IMG/VR virus record: IMGVR_UViG_3300025723_000050 | Span: 1 to 55,524 of that record | DNA from: a virus | Lineage: Duplodnaviria; Caudoviricetes | Direction: 5' to 3' (one strand) | DNA: 55,524 nt | In this document: positions 46,448 to 55,524 of the stretch, piece by piece | How the letters are laid out: the number at the start of each line of letters is the position of its first letter | Position numbering within the stretch: position 1 is the stretch's first letter | Notes under the pieces: generated by a model | The model's database searches: none | Seen by the model: the letters and a program-made list of their open reading frames with translations, nothing else | Told to the model about the DNA's origin: nothing | Translations under genes and position numbers: made by a program

Positions 46448-46954
46448 ATGACACAGATCGACAGTTTCGATAACGAAACCGACAGTAAGAATATTAATAC
46501 GTTCCCAGACGAGTGGAAGGACGAATTCGAGGGGCTTCTCTTTGTGGGTTATCTGCAGAGAGAAGTCACTCGGATTCCCTTCCACAAGTTTGTTGTTAGA
46601 ACTCTTACAGTAAACGAGAAGTTGGAAGTTAGTCTCATCACTAAGCCATACATGGATACCATTGGTTATGGCCGTGCATACAAGGCTGCAATAGTCGCAG
46701 CAGGTTTAATGACAGTTGATGGTAGGGACCTTATCCCTAACAATAAGAACATCAACATCATCAGACAAAAGTATGAGTATGTAGTTAATAACTGGTTTGA
46801 TACAACCATTGACATTCTTTATAACGAGATTGATTACCTTGAGAACAGAGTTATCCTTGTTCTCCAAGAGCTTGACATCATCGAAAAAGTAGTCCCTGAG
46901 TCTGTCTTCGAAAAAGAAGAAGAGGAATCTGATACCCCAAAAGATGGGAATTAG
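46448..46954 (+). CDS. Tail assembly chaperone (G)
   Basis: Acidic 168-aa protein upstream of tape measure; slippery site near its end. Confidence 0.75.
   Translation: MTQIDSFDNETDSKNINTFPDEWKDEFEGLLFVGYLQREVTRIPFHKFVVRTLTVNEKLEVSLITKPYMDTIGYGRAYKAAIVAAGLMTVDGRDLIPNNKNINIIRQKYEYVVNNWFDTTIDILYNEIDYLENRVILVLQELDIIEKVVPESVFEKEEEESDTPKDGN
46936..46942 (+). promoter_or_regulatory. Programmed -1 frameshift site C CCA AAA
   Basis: X XXY YYZ in the correct phase; the -1 frame is open and continuous with ORF 46981..47370. Confidence 0.78.
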
Positions 46955-46980
46955 ATCCATACGTAGTAGATAGGTCAGAG

Positions 46981-47370
46981 ATGGCCAGTCTCATGGGAGT
47001 TTATACAAGAGCTGACTTGAACTTTGTTCAACAGCAAATGCTTGTGGCAGTCACTGTTCGTAAGCGCAAGAACGATGCTCTCTACGAAGAAGTCAAGTTT
47101 GAACAGCAAATGATGATTACTAACCCAGAAATGTATGGGGAGTACATCAAGCATAAAGCTGACAACGCTGAGAATGAAGGCGCAGTTTGGCGAGTACCTG
47201 AAAGCATTGAAGAGTCTCGAGAACTTGACAAGATCTTTAATGATATTCATGACCAGTTGTCCAAGGAAGACTTGGTTGCTGATCAACAGTTCATAGAACA
47301 AATAGAACAAGCTGGTTTCCTTGACATGTTTAAGGGGATCAATGTGGATGAGATCGGAGGTGATGAATAA
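46981..47370 (+). CDS. Tail assembly chaperone, post-frameshift part (GT)
   Basis: In the -1 frame relative to 46448..46954; ends in TAATG overlap with tape measure. Confidence 0.72.
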   Translation: MASLMGVYTRADLNFVQQQMLVAVTVRKRKNDALYEEVKFEQQMMITNPEMYGEYIKHKADNAENEGAVWRVPESIEESRELDKIFNDIHDQLSKEDLVADQQFIEQIEQAGFLDMFKGINVDEIGGDE

Positions 47371-50225
47371 TGGCAATGGGCGATGACGAACTTAAAGTAC
47401 CGTTAGGGTTTGACGTAAACACTGCTAATGCTGAGCAGGGTATGCAGCGCATTAGCACATTGGCTAGTCAGATCCGTGAAGACTTCCGCCTCATCAATGA
47501 AGCTGTTGAAGGTGTTACCGACAAAGCTGACCGAATGAGAGAGTATTTTCAGGGTAACGTAGACATCATCAGTGGTATGAAGTCTCTCCTGGAATCTATT
47601 CAGGCTATTAACCAGGCCAACCAAACAACCATTGGTAACAACATCACCCTTATCAGTGAGCTTCTTAATAGCGTTAAGGGACTCAACGGTGACATCACTC
47701 ACGCAATGCAGCTTGTCAGCCAAGCATCTGGTGCTATGCAAGGCGTCGGTGGTGGAGTAAATATTGGCAACACTAGTACTAGCAGTCAGAACTTCTCTGG
47801 TCTAGTACAACATGAACGTAGAGTAGAACCCATTAGCCCTATTGGCTATGATGAGCGTGAGCAAGAGGGCGTAACCGGTACATCTGCTGTAAATCCAGTT
47901 TCTTCTGTTGTTCAAACTAATGTTGTTAAGCCAACGAACCCGATCCAACAACAGATTGTTCAACAACAACAGCAACAACCAGGACCTACACCACCAGGAC
48001 CAGGGCCAAGCATTCCACCAACCCCTCCTAGACCTCCTAGACCTCCAATTGCTGGTCCAGGATCGCCTCCTCCTGGTGATGATGATAGCAATCAGCCATG
48101 GTGGAAGCTTTGGAGCCGTACTAGACCACGCACAGCTACCAATCAACCAGTTGGTGCGCAGAATAACTCACAAGTTACTGGTGAAGATCAGCAGTACTAT
48201 GCTGAACCACGTGGTGCAAAACAATCAGTTGACCAGATTGAATTGCAGAATTATTTAAGAGCAAACGCCAACATGCTTTACGAACGCACCCAGGGTTCTA
48301 ATGCAATCCCAGCCGGTGGTGAGCATAGAGCTGCAGAGTATGCCTATGCAAACATGCTCAGACAGATGAACACTGTTGCAAATGTTCTCCCAGGTAGTCT
48401 TGGTAGACAAATTATGGCTCACGCTAAGGGTGCTTTGTACAACTACGGTAACTTAGACCCAAGAATCGGTGGGCCTCTTGATATGGAATCGATCAAGAGA
48501 GCACAAAAAGAAAATACAGATTACCTCAGAGACGCCGATGGCAACATTCAATATAGAACTTTTGTTGATAGCTCTGGCGTAGAACAAAAGATGCCTCTCA
48601 TGCAGAGAACTAGTGGTTCGTACACACCAGTCGAACAAGCAGCAATTCATATTGCTAATACCATCGCTAAGGTGATGAGCAGCCCAGCAGGTCAGTATGG
48701 AACAATGGCTGTTAGTGCCTACGGCCTTGGTAAGAATCTTTATGGTGGTGCTAAATCAATTACTGATTACATTGGCCAGTATGCACAGAATGCTCAAGCA
48801 CAAGCCCAAGCTTTTGGTACTGTTAGTTATACGCGCAGTGCAAAGAACTACATGCAGGCTCTTGAAGAATCAGGTTTTGGTCTTAACCCATTGATCACAA
48901 CAGCACAGGTTCAGCAGATGCAAATCCAAGGCGGTGCACTGGGTCTTAGAGGGTCAGCCCTAAGTAATTACACAGAGCAAGCCGTACAGAACCAAGAACG
49001 TTATGGTATGAGTAGCGCAGCTAGCCAGAACCTTGCTAACACCGCCCTTGGCGCTGGTATCTCTATTAATGACATGATGGGTGCTAATGCTCAAGTGCGT
49101 CAGATAGAAGCTAATAGCCAGACAAGCACAACGTATGGTTCATTGGCTTTGGCTACGGGTGCTACAGGTGCTGCAACTATGGGTGCTGGTTCAGCCGCTG
49201 CTGCAACTATGGGTGTTCAAGCAGTCAAATTTGGTAAGGGTGACTTTATTGCTCAGTCGTATGGTATGACTGGCCAAGAAGGTACTGGTACTTCACTAAA
49301 TAACGTGTTGATGTCACAAGCACTTGGTACTTCATACCTTGGGTTGTTCGCAGCTGAAAGAAAAGCCAAGGGATCAGACCTTGCTCGAGCTCAGAACAAA
49401 TCAGATGAACAGATTCTTGGATGGGCTGGTATTAACACTACTGATCACTATAAAGACAAGAACGACTTCCTCAATAAGAACCAAAATCAAATTATGATTT
49501 TGTCTCAATTGTTGTCTGACCCATCTATGGGTTCAAAGCTCAACAATATAGGTTCTAGCCCACAAGCTTCTGCTGACTGGGCATGGAATGTTGTTAGACA
49601 ACACCAAAACTTTGCTAAAGCAGATGCTGCTAATAAAGCTGAACAGCAACAAGGTTTCTTCCGTCACCTATGGGGAGACGTTAGCCATGGACCACTCTCT
49701 GAGATCGACAGTGCCATCCACACTGGAAAGGTTGTTGCCACAACCATTGGTCATGGTGTGCGTAACACAGTCGATGCAGCTGGTTCGGTTATTGGCAATG
49801 CTGAGCACGCTGCTAACTATGCAACAGCCTTCGTTCAAGTAGCAGGCGGTGCTTTGTTGCAGGGGCATGACTTTAAACTCAGTCAAGTTGATGCAAGATC
49901 TGCTGCATACTCTAGAGAATATGACACATCTGCCATTAACAGAACTCTTTCACCGCTTACCGCACAGAACACCAACTGGATTGCTACCAACACACACAAC
50001 GCTTGGAACTCAGCATATGCATCCGCTACAAGAGCTGGTAGCAGCATGCTAAACTCAGTTCCAAATGCTCTCAATAGCATGATGGGCATGAATCAATCAC
50101 CATCACAACAAGTTGAGATCAATTTGCACCCAGATGCTAAGAAGCTAATAACTGCTGCAGTTAAGAATGGCACCGCTGGATTTAATAGCGGTGTAGTGCC
50201 ACCGAACAAACAACCAACTAGATAA
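47370..50225 (+). CDS. Tape measure protein
   Basis: 951 aa, A/G/Q-rich helical; follows chaperone pair. Confidence 0.78.
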   Translation: MAMGDDELKVPLGFDVNTANAEQGMQRISTLASQIREDFRLINEAVEGVTDKADRMREYFQGNVDIISGMKSLLESIQAINQANQTTIGNNITLISELLNSVKGLNGDITHAMQLVSQASGAMQGVGGGVNIGNTSTSSQNFSGLVQHERRVEPISPIGYDEREQEGVTGTSAVNPVSSVVQTNVVKPTNPIQQQIVQQQQQQPGPTPPGPGPSIPPTPPRPPRPPIAGPGSPPPGDDDSNQPWWKLWSRTRPRTATNQPVGAQNNSQVTGEDQQYYAEPRGAKQSVDQIELQNYLRANANMLYERTQGSNAIPAGGEHRAAEYAYANMLRQMNTVANVLPGSLGRQIMAHAKGALYNYGNLDPRIGGPLDMESIKRAQKENTDYLRDADGNIQYRTFVDSSGVEQKMPLMQRTSGSYTPVEQAAIHIANTIAKVMSSPAGQYGTMAVSAYGLGKNLYGGAKSITDYIGQYAQNAQAQAQAFGTVSYTRSAKNYMQALEESGFGLNPLITTAQVQQMQIQGGALGLRGSALSNYTEQAVQNQERYGMSSAASQNLANTALGAGISINDMMGANAQVRQIEANSQTSTTYGSLALATGATGAATMGAGSAAAATMGVQAVKFGKGDFIAQSYGMTGQEGTGTSLNNVLMSQALGTSYLGLFAAERKAKGSDLARAQNKSDEQILGWAGINTTDHYKDKNDFLNKNQNQIMILSQLLSDPSMGSKLNNIGSSPQASADWAWNVVRQHQNFAKADAANKAEQQQGFFRHLWGDVSHGPLSEIDSAIHTGKVVATTIGHGVRNTVDAAGSVIGNAEHAANYATAFVQVAGGALLQGHDFKLSQVDARSAAYSREYDTSAINRTLSPLTAQNTNWIATNTHNAWNSAYASATRAGSSMLNSVPNALNSMMGMNQSPSQQVEINLHPDAKKLITAAVKNGTAGFNSGVVPPNKQPTR

Positions 50226-50851
50226 TGGCTAATTCTACTAAAGACACGCCGCCATTCCCCTACCCAGATGTACCAGCGGTGGCAACATTTACAGATACGA
50301 CCAACGGTAATGTTTACGCTTTCCCGTTTAATATCAATGCACTTAACTGGAACTATCAGTTAAACACACAGAGTTACAGTACATTGGGTGGTCGTGTTAC
50401 GCAACTACTTTCAGTACAGATAACAACAATGACAGTACAAGGTGAAGCTGGCAGCCGTAAAAACTTGATTGATTTATACAATGCGTTTAGATCAATGCAG
50501 GATAATCAAAATGCCACTAAGTTATCAATGCGTTTTGATGTTCCAAGTAGGAACCTATCATTCAATGTTTGGTTAGAAAACTTCCAACTTGGTTGGGGAG
50601 TCCAAACAGTAACATACGAATACCAAATTCAGTTAGAAGTGCACCAAGACCTTAGCGGCATTGCTATTAATGCAGCGACCACTGATGCACTTAACCATGT
50701 TGTTAATAACAACGGTGGTAACATTGGATTCAGTGCAGACTGGACAGGTCTAGCTACAAGCGTACAAAACTATCAGTATGTAGACATTCAAAATGCTATT
50801 AACAGTGGTGCTCTTGTACCAAGCAACAACGGATCAACGACGACAGGATAA
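50225..50851 (+). CDS. Baseplate/tube-initiator-like protein
   Basis: FPFNINAL...TLGGRVTQ pattern; follows tape measure. Confidence 0.55.
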   Translation: MANSTKDTPPFPYPDVPAVATFTDTTNGNVYAFPFNINALNWNYQLNTQSYSTLGGRVTQLLSVQITTMTVQGEAGSRKNLIDLYNAFRSMQDNQNATKLSMRFDVPSRNLSFNVWLENFQLGWGVQTVTYEYQIQLEVHQDLSGIAINAATTDALNHVVNNNGGNIGFSADWTGLATSVQNYQYVDIQNAINSGALVPSNNGSTTTG

Positions 50852-50853
50852 TA

Positions 50854-51030
50854 ATGAACAACACTCACTATTCAAACTGCAAGGTTTCTAACCCTATTCT
50901 TTACCCTGATCAACAACTTACTAGTTTTAATGGGTTCGCATGGAGTGACAGAATGGGCATGATCCATGAAATAACTAACATTCAAACTACTAATCAAGGT
51001 TGGGATCAATGGCTGGGAACGCAACAGTAA
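50854..51030 (+). CDS. Small hypothetical protein (58 aa, not in ORF track)
   Basis: Read manually: MNNTHYSNCK...WLGTQQ*; fills gap. Confidence 0.5.
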   Translation: MNNTHYSNCKVSNPILYPDQQLTSFNGFAWSDRMGMIHEITNIQTTNQGWDQWLGTQQ

Positions 51031-51686
51031 CATTAATTTATAACAATACTCCCACTCAGTTTGAAATCTGGATCCAGACACTGAGCACAAACTCGCAGAA
51101 TGAGTTCGCCAGCCAACAAGTTCGTGGTGGTATGTCATGGAGCCCTATTAGACGTGCAGAAAGATATTTTAATTTCACGGCTGTATGGCCATTAATCAGT
51201 GTTCCTCAAAAGAATAAGCCAAGAGATGCCGGTTTTGAGGATATCGATCCTGCTGATGGTTTTGCTAAAATGAACAAGTTTCAAGATGCGATTAGATCAC
51301 ACCATATGTCTATCGCTAATGGTTCTACTGTTGAGCCAATGGTAGTAAACTACTATAATAACTCTGATGCTAGCTCACCATTGTTTAATACCTTGATTAG
51401 TAAGCAACCATTGACTAATATGCAAATGCCATACCAGGGTTTTATCCAAACTGTAGAGAAGCAATACGTGCGTTTTCAGAACATGTTCACGACTAACTAT
51501 ACAATGCATATCCTTAACCCAAACGTAGCAAACACCGCTCCAACGACTCTTAAAGTTGGCGGCACATACGCTCCTACATCTGCTGACCAATCTACTTACG
51601 GTGGCAGTTGGATCCTTATGACTGGTAGCGGTGGGCTTGCTACTGTGGCTAGTACTATTTCGGGAATACCTTCAAACAATGGCTAG
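51009..51686 (+). CDS. Baseplate protein
   Basis: ATG 51009; position in baseplate module. Confidence 0.55.
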   Translation: MAGNATVTLIYNNTPTQFEIWIQTLSTNSQNEFASQQVRGGMSWSPIRRAERYFNFTAVWPLISVPQKNKPRDAGFEDIDPADGFAKMNKFQDAIRSHHMSIANGSTVEPMVVNYYNNSDASSPLFNTLISKQPLTNMQMPYQGFIQTVEKQYVRFQNMFTTNYTMHILNPNVANTAPTTLKVGGTYAPTSADQSTYGGSWILMTGSGGLATVASTISGIPSNNG

Positions 51687-54636
51687 CACAAACAACTCAG
51701 CACAGCTTGGCAACTCGGGTACATTTGTATACACGCCTGATATTAGTGTTGCTGTGAGCACAGTAGACAATGGCATCATTGACATCTCTGCTGACATAAT
51801 CAACTTTACATTGGACCGTGAGATTAATCAGGTTAGTACTTTCACGGCTACTCTAAACAACCCTGGCCGTAAATACGTAACACAAAATTCCAATGGTAAT
51901 CGTTTGATTAGCACAATGGATAGAATCACTGTTTTTTTAAAGCGTACTAATTTTATTCAATGTTTTACTGGATATATTACATACGCACCAATACTTACGC
52001 TTCAGCCAGAACCAGTTACAATCACCGCGAATTGCACTTTGCGTATTTTGCAAACTACTTATTGGGATAACACTCTTATCTCATTCCAAACACTCTTGCT
52101 TAACCAGCTTGACTCAGCTGCATGGAGTACTCAAGGGGCCACAGGCGATGGTGGTGTAGCTCAAGCTGTCGTCAATGTTCTTTACAAGGTATGTGGTTGG
52201 AACCCTAGCTCTATTCATATCCAAAGTTTGCCATCAAACTTTGTTACTTTTGCAGCAACAACATACATTCAACAGATCGCTGGCTCTGAGCTTAGTCAAG
52301 ATGCATTGCAGCAATTAAGTCAGATTCTTAGCGTGCAAGGCATATCTAACGGTAGAAGTGTGTCTACTGGGTTGCCATCAGACCCCAACAGTAGTAATGC
52401 CAATGCACCAACCGGAGTTACTACTAATGCCACCGTTGTAACGCCATTCATTACTGGTCCAATTGCTGGTGGGCAGCCAAACTATCCAGGTCCAAATACG
52501 CTTAATCCTGTTAACACTAACGCAATTAATGAAGATGTTTATTATTGCTCAGCACCGTGGGGGTATCTGCAATATCAGATAACACCAAGCCTAACAGCGT
52601 CAGGCAAGCAGAACTATCAAAGTATTCAAGACAATGCTAAGTCATGGCTTGCAAACAACTGGGCTCAGAATACGCAAGATGGTCGTTTGTTGTTGTTCTA
52701 TAACAACAAGACAGACAGAGCTGTAGCTGTTAGAGCCACAAGCATTCCACAAAAAGCAGACGTAACTAGCAAGGGATATGCTGTATACGATCCAGATGTT
52801 ACTACTTTTCAATGCCACCCAAGCGTTGTTGCGTATTTGAATGGTAACGTTGGCGATCCAAATTCATGGACAAGCAGCATCGATCCAGGGAAAGCAAACG
52901 TAACTGTCAGCTGGGCAGACATGAATAAGATTAACAAAGCTGGTGTTTTGCCAAACCCCAATTCAAACTTGCTTAAGAGTGGTATTGATAACTCTACAAA
53001 CTCTGGTAACACAGCTGACCCATTGGTGATAGTAGGAGTTCTACACACTTTGGTTGAAAACTTGCTGGGTCAAGTGGGTGACGTTTATACAGAGAATACA
53101 TCCCCAAGCGCAGGACCAACAAGATCTAATCCAGGTAAACCTGGCACTGGCACTGGTTCTTTTGACTGCTCAGGCCTTGCTTACTGGGCTTATTCAACCA
53201 TTGGTATTCAACTTGGCGGTGAAGCTTGGGGAGATACATGGACTGAATGTGGTCCAACAGATGGTAGTAAACCAGAAAAATATGGTGCATGGACACCGAA
53301 CACTACTCAACCACAAGTTGGAGACCTAATCTTCTGGGAAGTAAATGGTGATGGTGGTAGCCCACCACAGCACGTATCCATCTTAATCTCTGACTTTGGC
53401 GCAACAGGACCACAAGGTCAAGCAGCCAACCCAGATGTTGCATACCTTATTGAAGCTTCTCATGGTGGATATAGTTCAGCAGACTCGAGCCCAGCAATCA
53501 ATAGTTATGTTTATCTGCACGACAACAACGCAGGCCCTAACATTCAACCTATTTATTGGAGTCAGGTAAAGAACGGTAAGTGGCAATCGTGGGGTGGAAG
53601 AATTATTGGATTCCGCAGCCCGATCACACTTCACCCAGCTTATACAGCTTCAGACCTACAAAAACTTCAAATCACACAGTCAAACTTGGACAATATCGTT
53701 GCACAAGGAACAGGCGTAGGAACAAACCCTTCTACAAAATACACAGTCCCAAGCAACCCTAACAATCCAAGTAACCCAACAGGTACGGGTAGCGCAGCAA
53801 CAACAAGTATTGCTTCGGGTACTGCTACTGCTGCTACTTTGACTAATGCGTATAGCAACCTACTACAACCTCCACAGTTTGACATTAGAGCATCAATGCT
53901 TGTAAGTACACCAAGAGCATTCTTGCTTGATAATCCTGTGATGAATGACATCACACAAATTATGGGTGCGGGTCTTCGTTCATACCAGAGCGCACCTAAT
54001 GGTGACTTTGTTGCGTGGTTCCCTGATTACTATGGTATTTATGGAACTGACCCTGTGCTTGAAATCAGCCCAGTAGAAATCATCGACTTCCAAATTTATC
54101 ACGATGACAATCAGCTAACAACACACGTTGGTGTTGTGGGTGATACTGCAGGTATTGGTTCGCAGGTCAGCAATGTTGACTACCTGACTACTAATGGTAT
54201 CGTTAGTATCCAAGATGGTAGTACTATGCAAATGCTATTTGGTAAGCAGAGTCCAAACCCTAAGAACAATAGCCAGAACAGTAGTTCTTCTCTTAATTTC
54301 TTAAACAAGTATGGTATGCGTCCATACGTTCAAGAGCAACAAATGGTGCACAACCATTCTCTAGAATACATGTACGCGCTGTATACTTTTATGAACCAAT
54401 GGGCTAATCAGTTTGCTAGCAATGTAACCTTTACTTTCATGCCTGAACTCTACCCAGGTATGAGAATTGTTATCAACATGCCCAACGGTACTTCTGCACC
54501 AGATGTATATGAGTTCTACTGTATGTCAGTAACCCACACAGGAGATCGCTCTGGAGGCTTTACTACGCAAGCAACACTGGGATCGCCAAAAGCAAATGGT
54601 AAAATCATGCACTACGGTTTGGATATGGCAAAATGA
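51679..54636 (+). CDS. Baseplate hub / tail-associated lysin with inserted NlpC/P60 domain
   Basis: N-terminal hub-like STFTATLNNP; internal FDCSGL, PQVGDLIFW, QHV; C-terminal FMPELYPGMRI...SVTH hub motif. Confidence 0.82.
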   Translation: MASTNNSAQLGNSGTFVYTPDISVAVSTVDNGIIDISADIINFTLDREINQVSTFTATLNNPGRKYVTQNSNGNRLISTMDRITVFLKRTNFIQCFTGYITYAPILTLQPEPVTITANCTLRILQTTYWDNTLISFQTLLLNQLDSAAWSTQGATGDGGVAQAVVNVLYKVCGWNPSSIHIQSLPSNFVTFAATTYIQQIAGSELSQDALQQLSQILSVQGISNGRSVSTGLPSDPNSSNANAPTGVTTNATVVTPFITGPIAGGQPNYPGPNTLNPVNTNAINEDVYYCSAPWGYLQYQITPSLTASGKQNYQSIQDNAKSWLANNWAQNTQDGRLLLFYNNKTDRAVAVRATSIPQKADVTSKGYAVYDPDVTTFQCHPSVVAYLNGNVGDPNSWTSSIDPGKANVTVSWADMNKINKAGVLPNPNSNLLKSGIDNSTNSGNTADPLVIVGVLHTLVENLLGQVGDVYTENTSPSAGPTRSNPGKPGTGTGSFDCSGLAYWAYSTIGIQLGGEAWGDTWTECGPTDGSKPEKYGAWTPNTTQPQVGDLIFWEVNGDGGSPPQHVSILISDFGATGPQGQAANPDVAYLIEASHGGYSSADSSPAINSYVYLHDNNAGPNIQPIYWSQVKNGKWQSWGGRIIGFRSPITLHPAYTASDLQKLQITQSNLDNIVAQGTGVGTNPSTKYTVPSNPNNPSNPTGTGSAATTSIASGTATAATLTNAYSNLLQPPQFDIRASMLVSTPRAFLLDNPVMNDITQIMGAGLRSYQSAPNGDFVAWFPDYYGIYGTDPVLEISPVEIIDFQIYHDDNQLTTHVGVVGDTAGIGSQVSNVDYLTTNGIVSIQDGSTMQMLFGKQSPNPKNNSQNSSSSLNFLNKYGMRPYVQEQQMVHNHSLEYMYALYTFMNQWANQFASNVTFTFMPELYPGMRIVINMPNGTSAPDVYEFYCMSVTHTGDRSGGFTTQATLGSPKANGKIMHYGLDMAK

Positions 54637-55524
54637 GCACAGTAGGTAGGCAACACGATCCAAATAGCGGTGTACGTCGCGTAGTTCTAACAACGCTACC
54701 AGCACTACACCCATTTAGTCTTGTGCCCAATGCACCACAGAACTATTTCTGTTATGGGCATGACATGAAGGGTTTTCAGATTGAGATTGACTTACAGGCT
54801 TTACCACCTGGGGTTACTATCAATCAGCTAGCTGTCAACCAAGTTTGGTGGGTAGAAAAGCGCACAAGCCTTTACCGTATTTATCTATACGGTGGTGTTT
54901 ATGACCCAGTTACTCGCCAGATAAACACTACTGCTCCATTGCCTACACCAACTGTGTCTGGTAATTACTTGCCAATATCTGGTGGAACAATCAGTGGTAA
55001 CTTAACGGTAACTGGCACAGCAACACTCCAAGGTGGTTTGTACGTTACTAGCCCATTAGTGGGTGGTGTAACCGCTACAAATGGCCAATCGTTGGTCTAC
55101 AACGGTACGCAATGGGCACCAGCTACCATCAGTGGTGGAACCGCATCCGGGAATTATCTACCTATTTCAGGTGGTACAGTCTCAGGCAACTTGGTTGTTG
55201 CATCGGGCCTAACCGTTAGTGGCAGTGTTACTGGACAATACTTTTCTGCAACTGGTTTAACTGGTGCCACTACTTCTACCAGGTATGTCGGTGCTACCAC
55301 CAACGGCCCACCGCTCTCCGGCTCGTTCCTCACGGGTGACTTCATTGTTGACCAATACGGCAAAATGTGGGTCTGCACAGGTGGAGGGACCCCAGGATCT
55401 TGGCAATCAGTCGGAAATGGAACAGTTGGCACGACTGGTAATATTACTGCATCAGGATCAACGCAGTTTAGCTCGTCCGCGTTGGCTTACAATTATAACA
55501 TTGTATCTGGCGCAACTGCCACCA
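54633..55524 (+). CDS. Baseplate spike-like/fibre protein (3' truncated by window end)
   Basis: ATGA-coupled start at 54633 (MSTVGRQHDPNSG...), open to window end; two NYLPISGGTxSGNL repeats. Confidence 0.65.
   Translation, partial: MSTVGRQHDPNSGVRRVVLTTLPALHPFSLVPNAPQNYFCYGHDMKGFQIEIDLQALPPGVTINQLAVNQVWWVEKRTSLYRIYLYGGVYDPVTRQINTTAPLPTPTVSGNYLPISGGTISGNLTVTGTATLQGGLYVTSPLVGGVTATNGQSLVYNGTQWAPATISGGTASGNYLPISGGTVSGNLVVASGLTVSGSVTGQYFSATGLTGATTSTRYVGATTNGPPLSGSFLTGDFIVDQYGKMWVCTGGGTPGSWQSVGNGTVGTTGNITASGSTQFSSSALAYNYNIVSGATAT

Noticed and set aside
1-55524. Stop-codon reassignment
   Set aside because: Core genes are intact in the standard code, TAA, TAG and TGA all end genes, and no suppressor tRNA is present

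Overview
A 55.5 kb fragment of a large tailed-phage (myovirus) genome. Genes are densely packed, all on the + strand, and read in the standard genetic code. The right half is an almost complete virion module: portal, prohead protease, scaffold-like protein, decoration protein, major capsid protein, neck and terminator proteins, sheath, tube, frameshifted tail chaperones, tape measure and baseplate proteins. From memory its organisation resembles Bxz1-like actinobacterial myoviruses; this was not database-checked, and no terminase is in the window. The left half holds many orphan proteins, Dps, a GNAT protein, papain-fold peptidases, a metallophosphoesterase, an 8-gene NDP-heptose-like sugar cassette bracketed by tRNA genes, and a tRNA array. 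The most notable observations are: (1) an intact tRNA-Gln(UUG) nested inside the anticodon arm of a second Gln-like tRNA, with a probable homing-endonuclease relic; (2) a recurring (K/R)-x-(A/S) motif, with shared N-terminal tags (FNSKxA, WNxRYA, GFRVVxA), on head proteins and many orphans including Dps, suggesting protease-matured capsid cargo; (3) a GmhA-less heptose-type pathway with a minimal fused TPP enzyme; (4) tRNA-Ile(UAU) next to a broken CAU tRNA; (5) two hairpins sharing a CUGCAAAGC loop after the capsid gene. All product calls come from visual motif recognition and gene order only.
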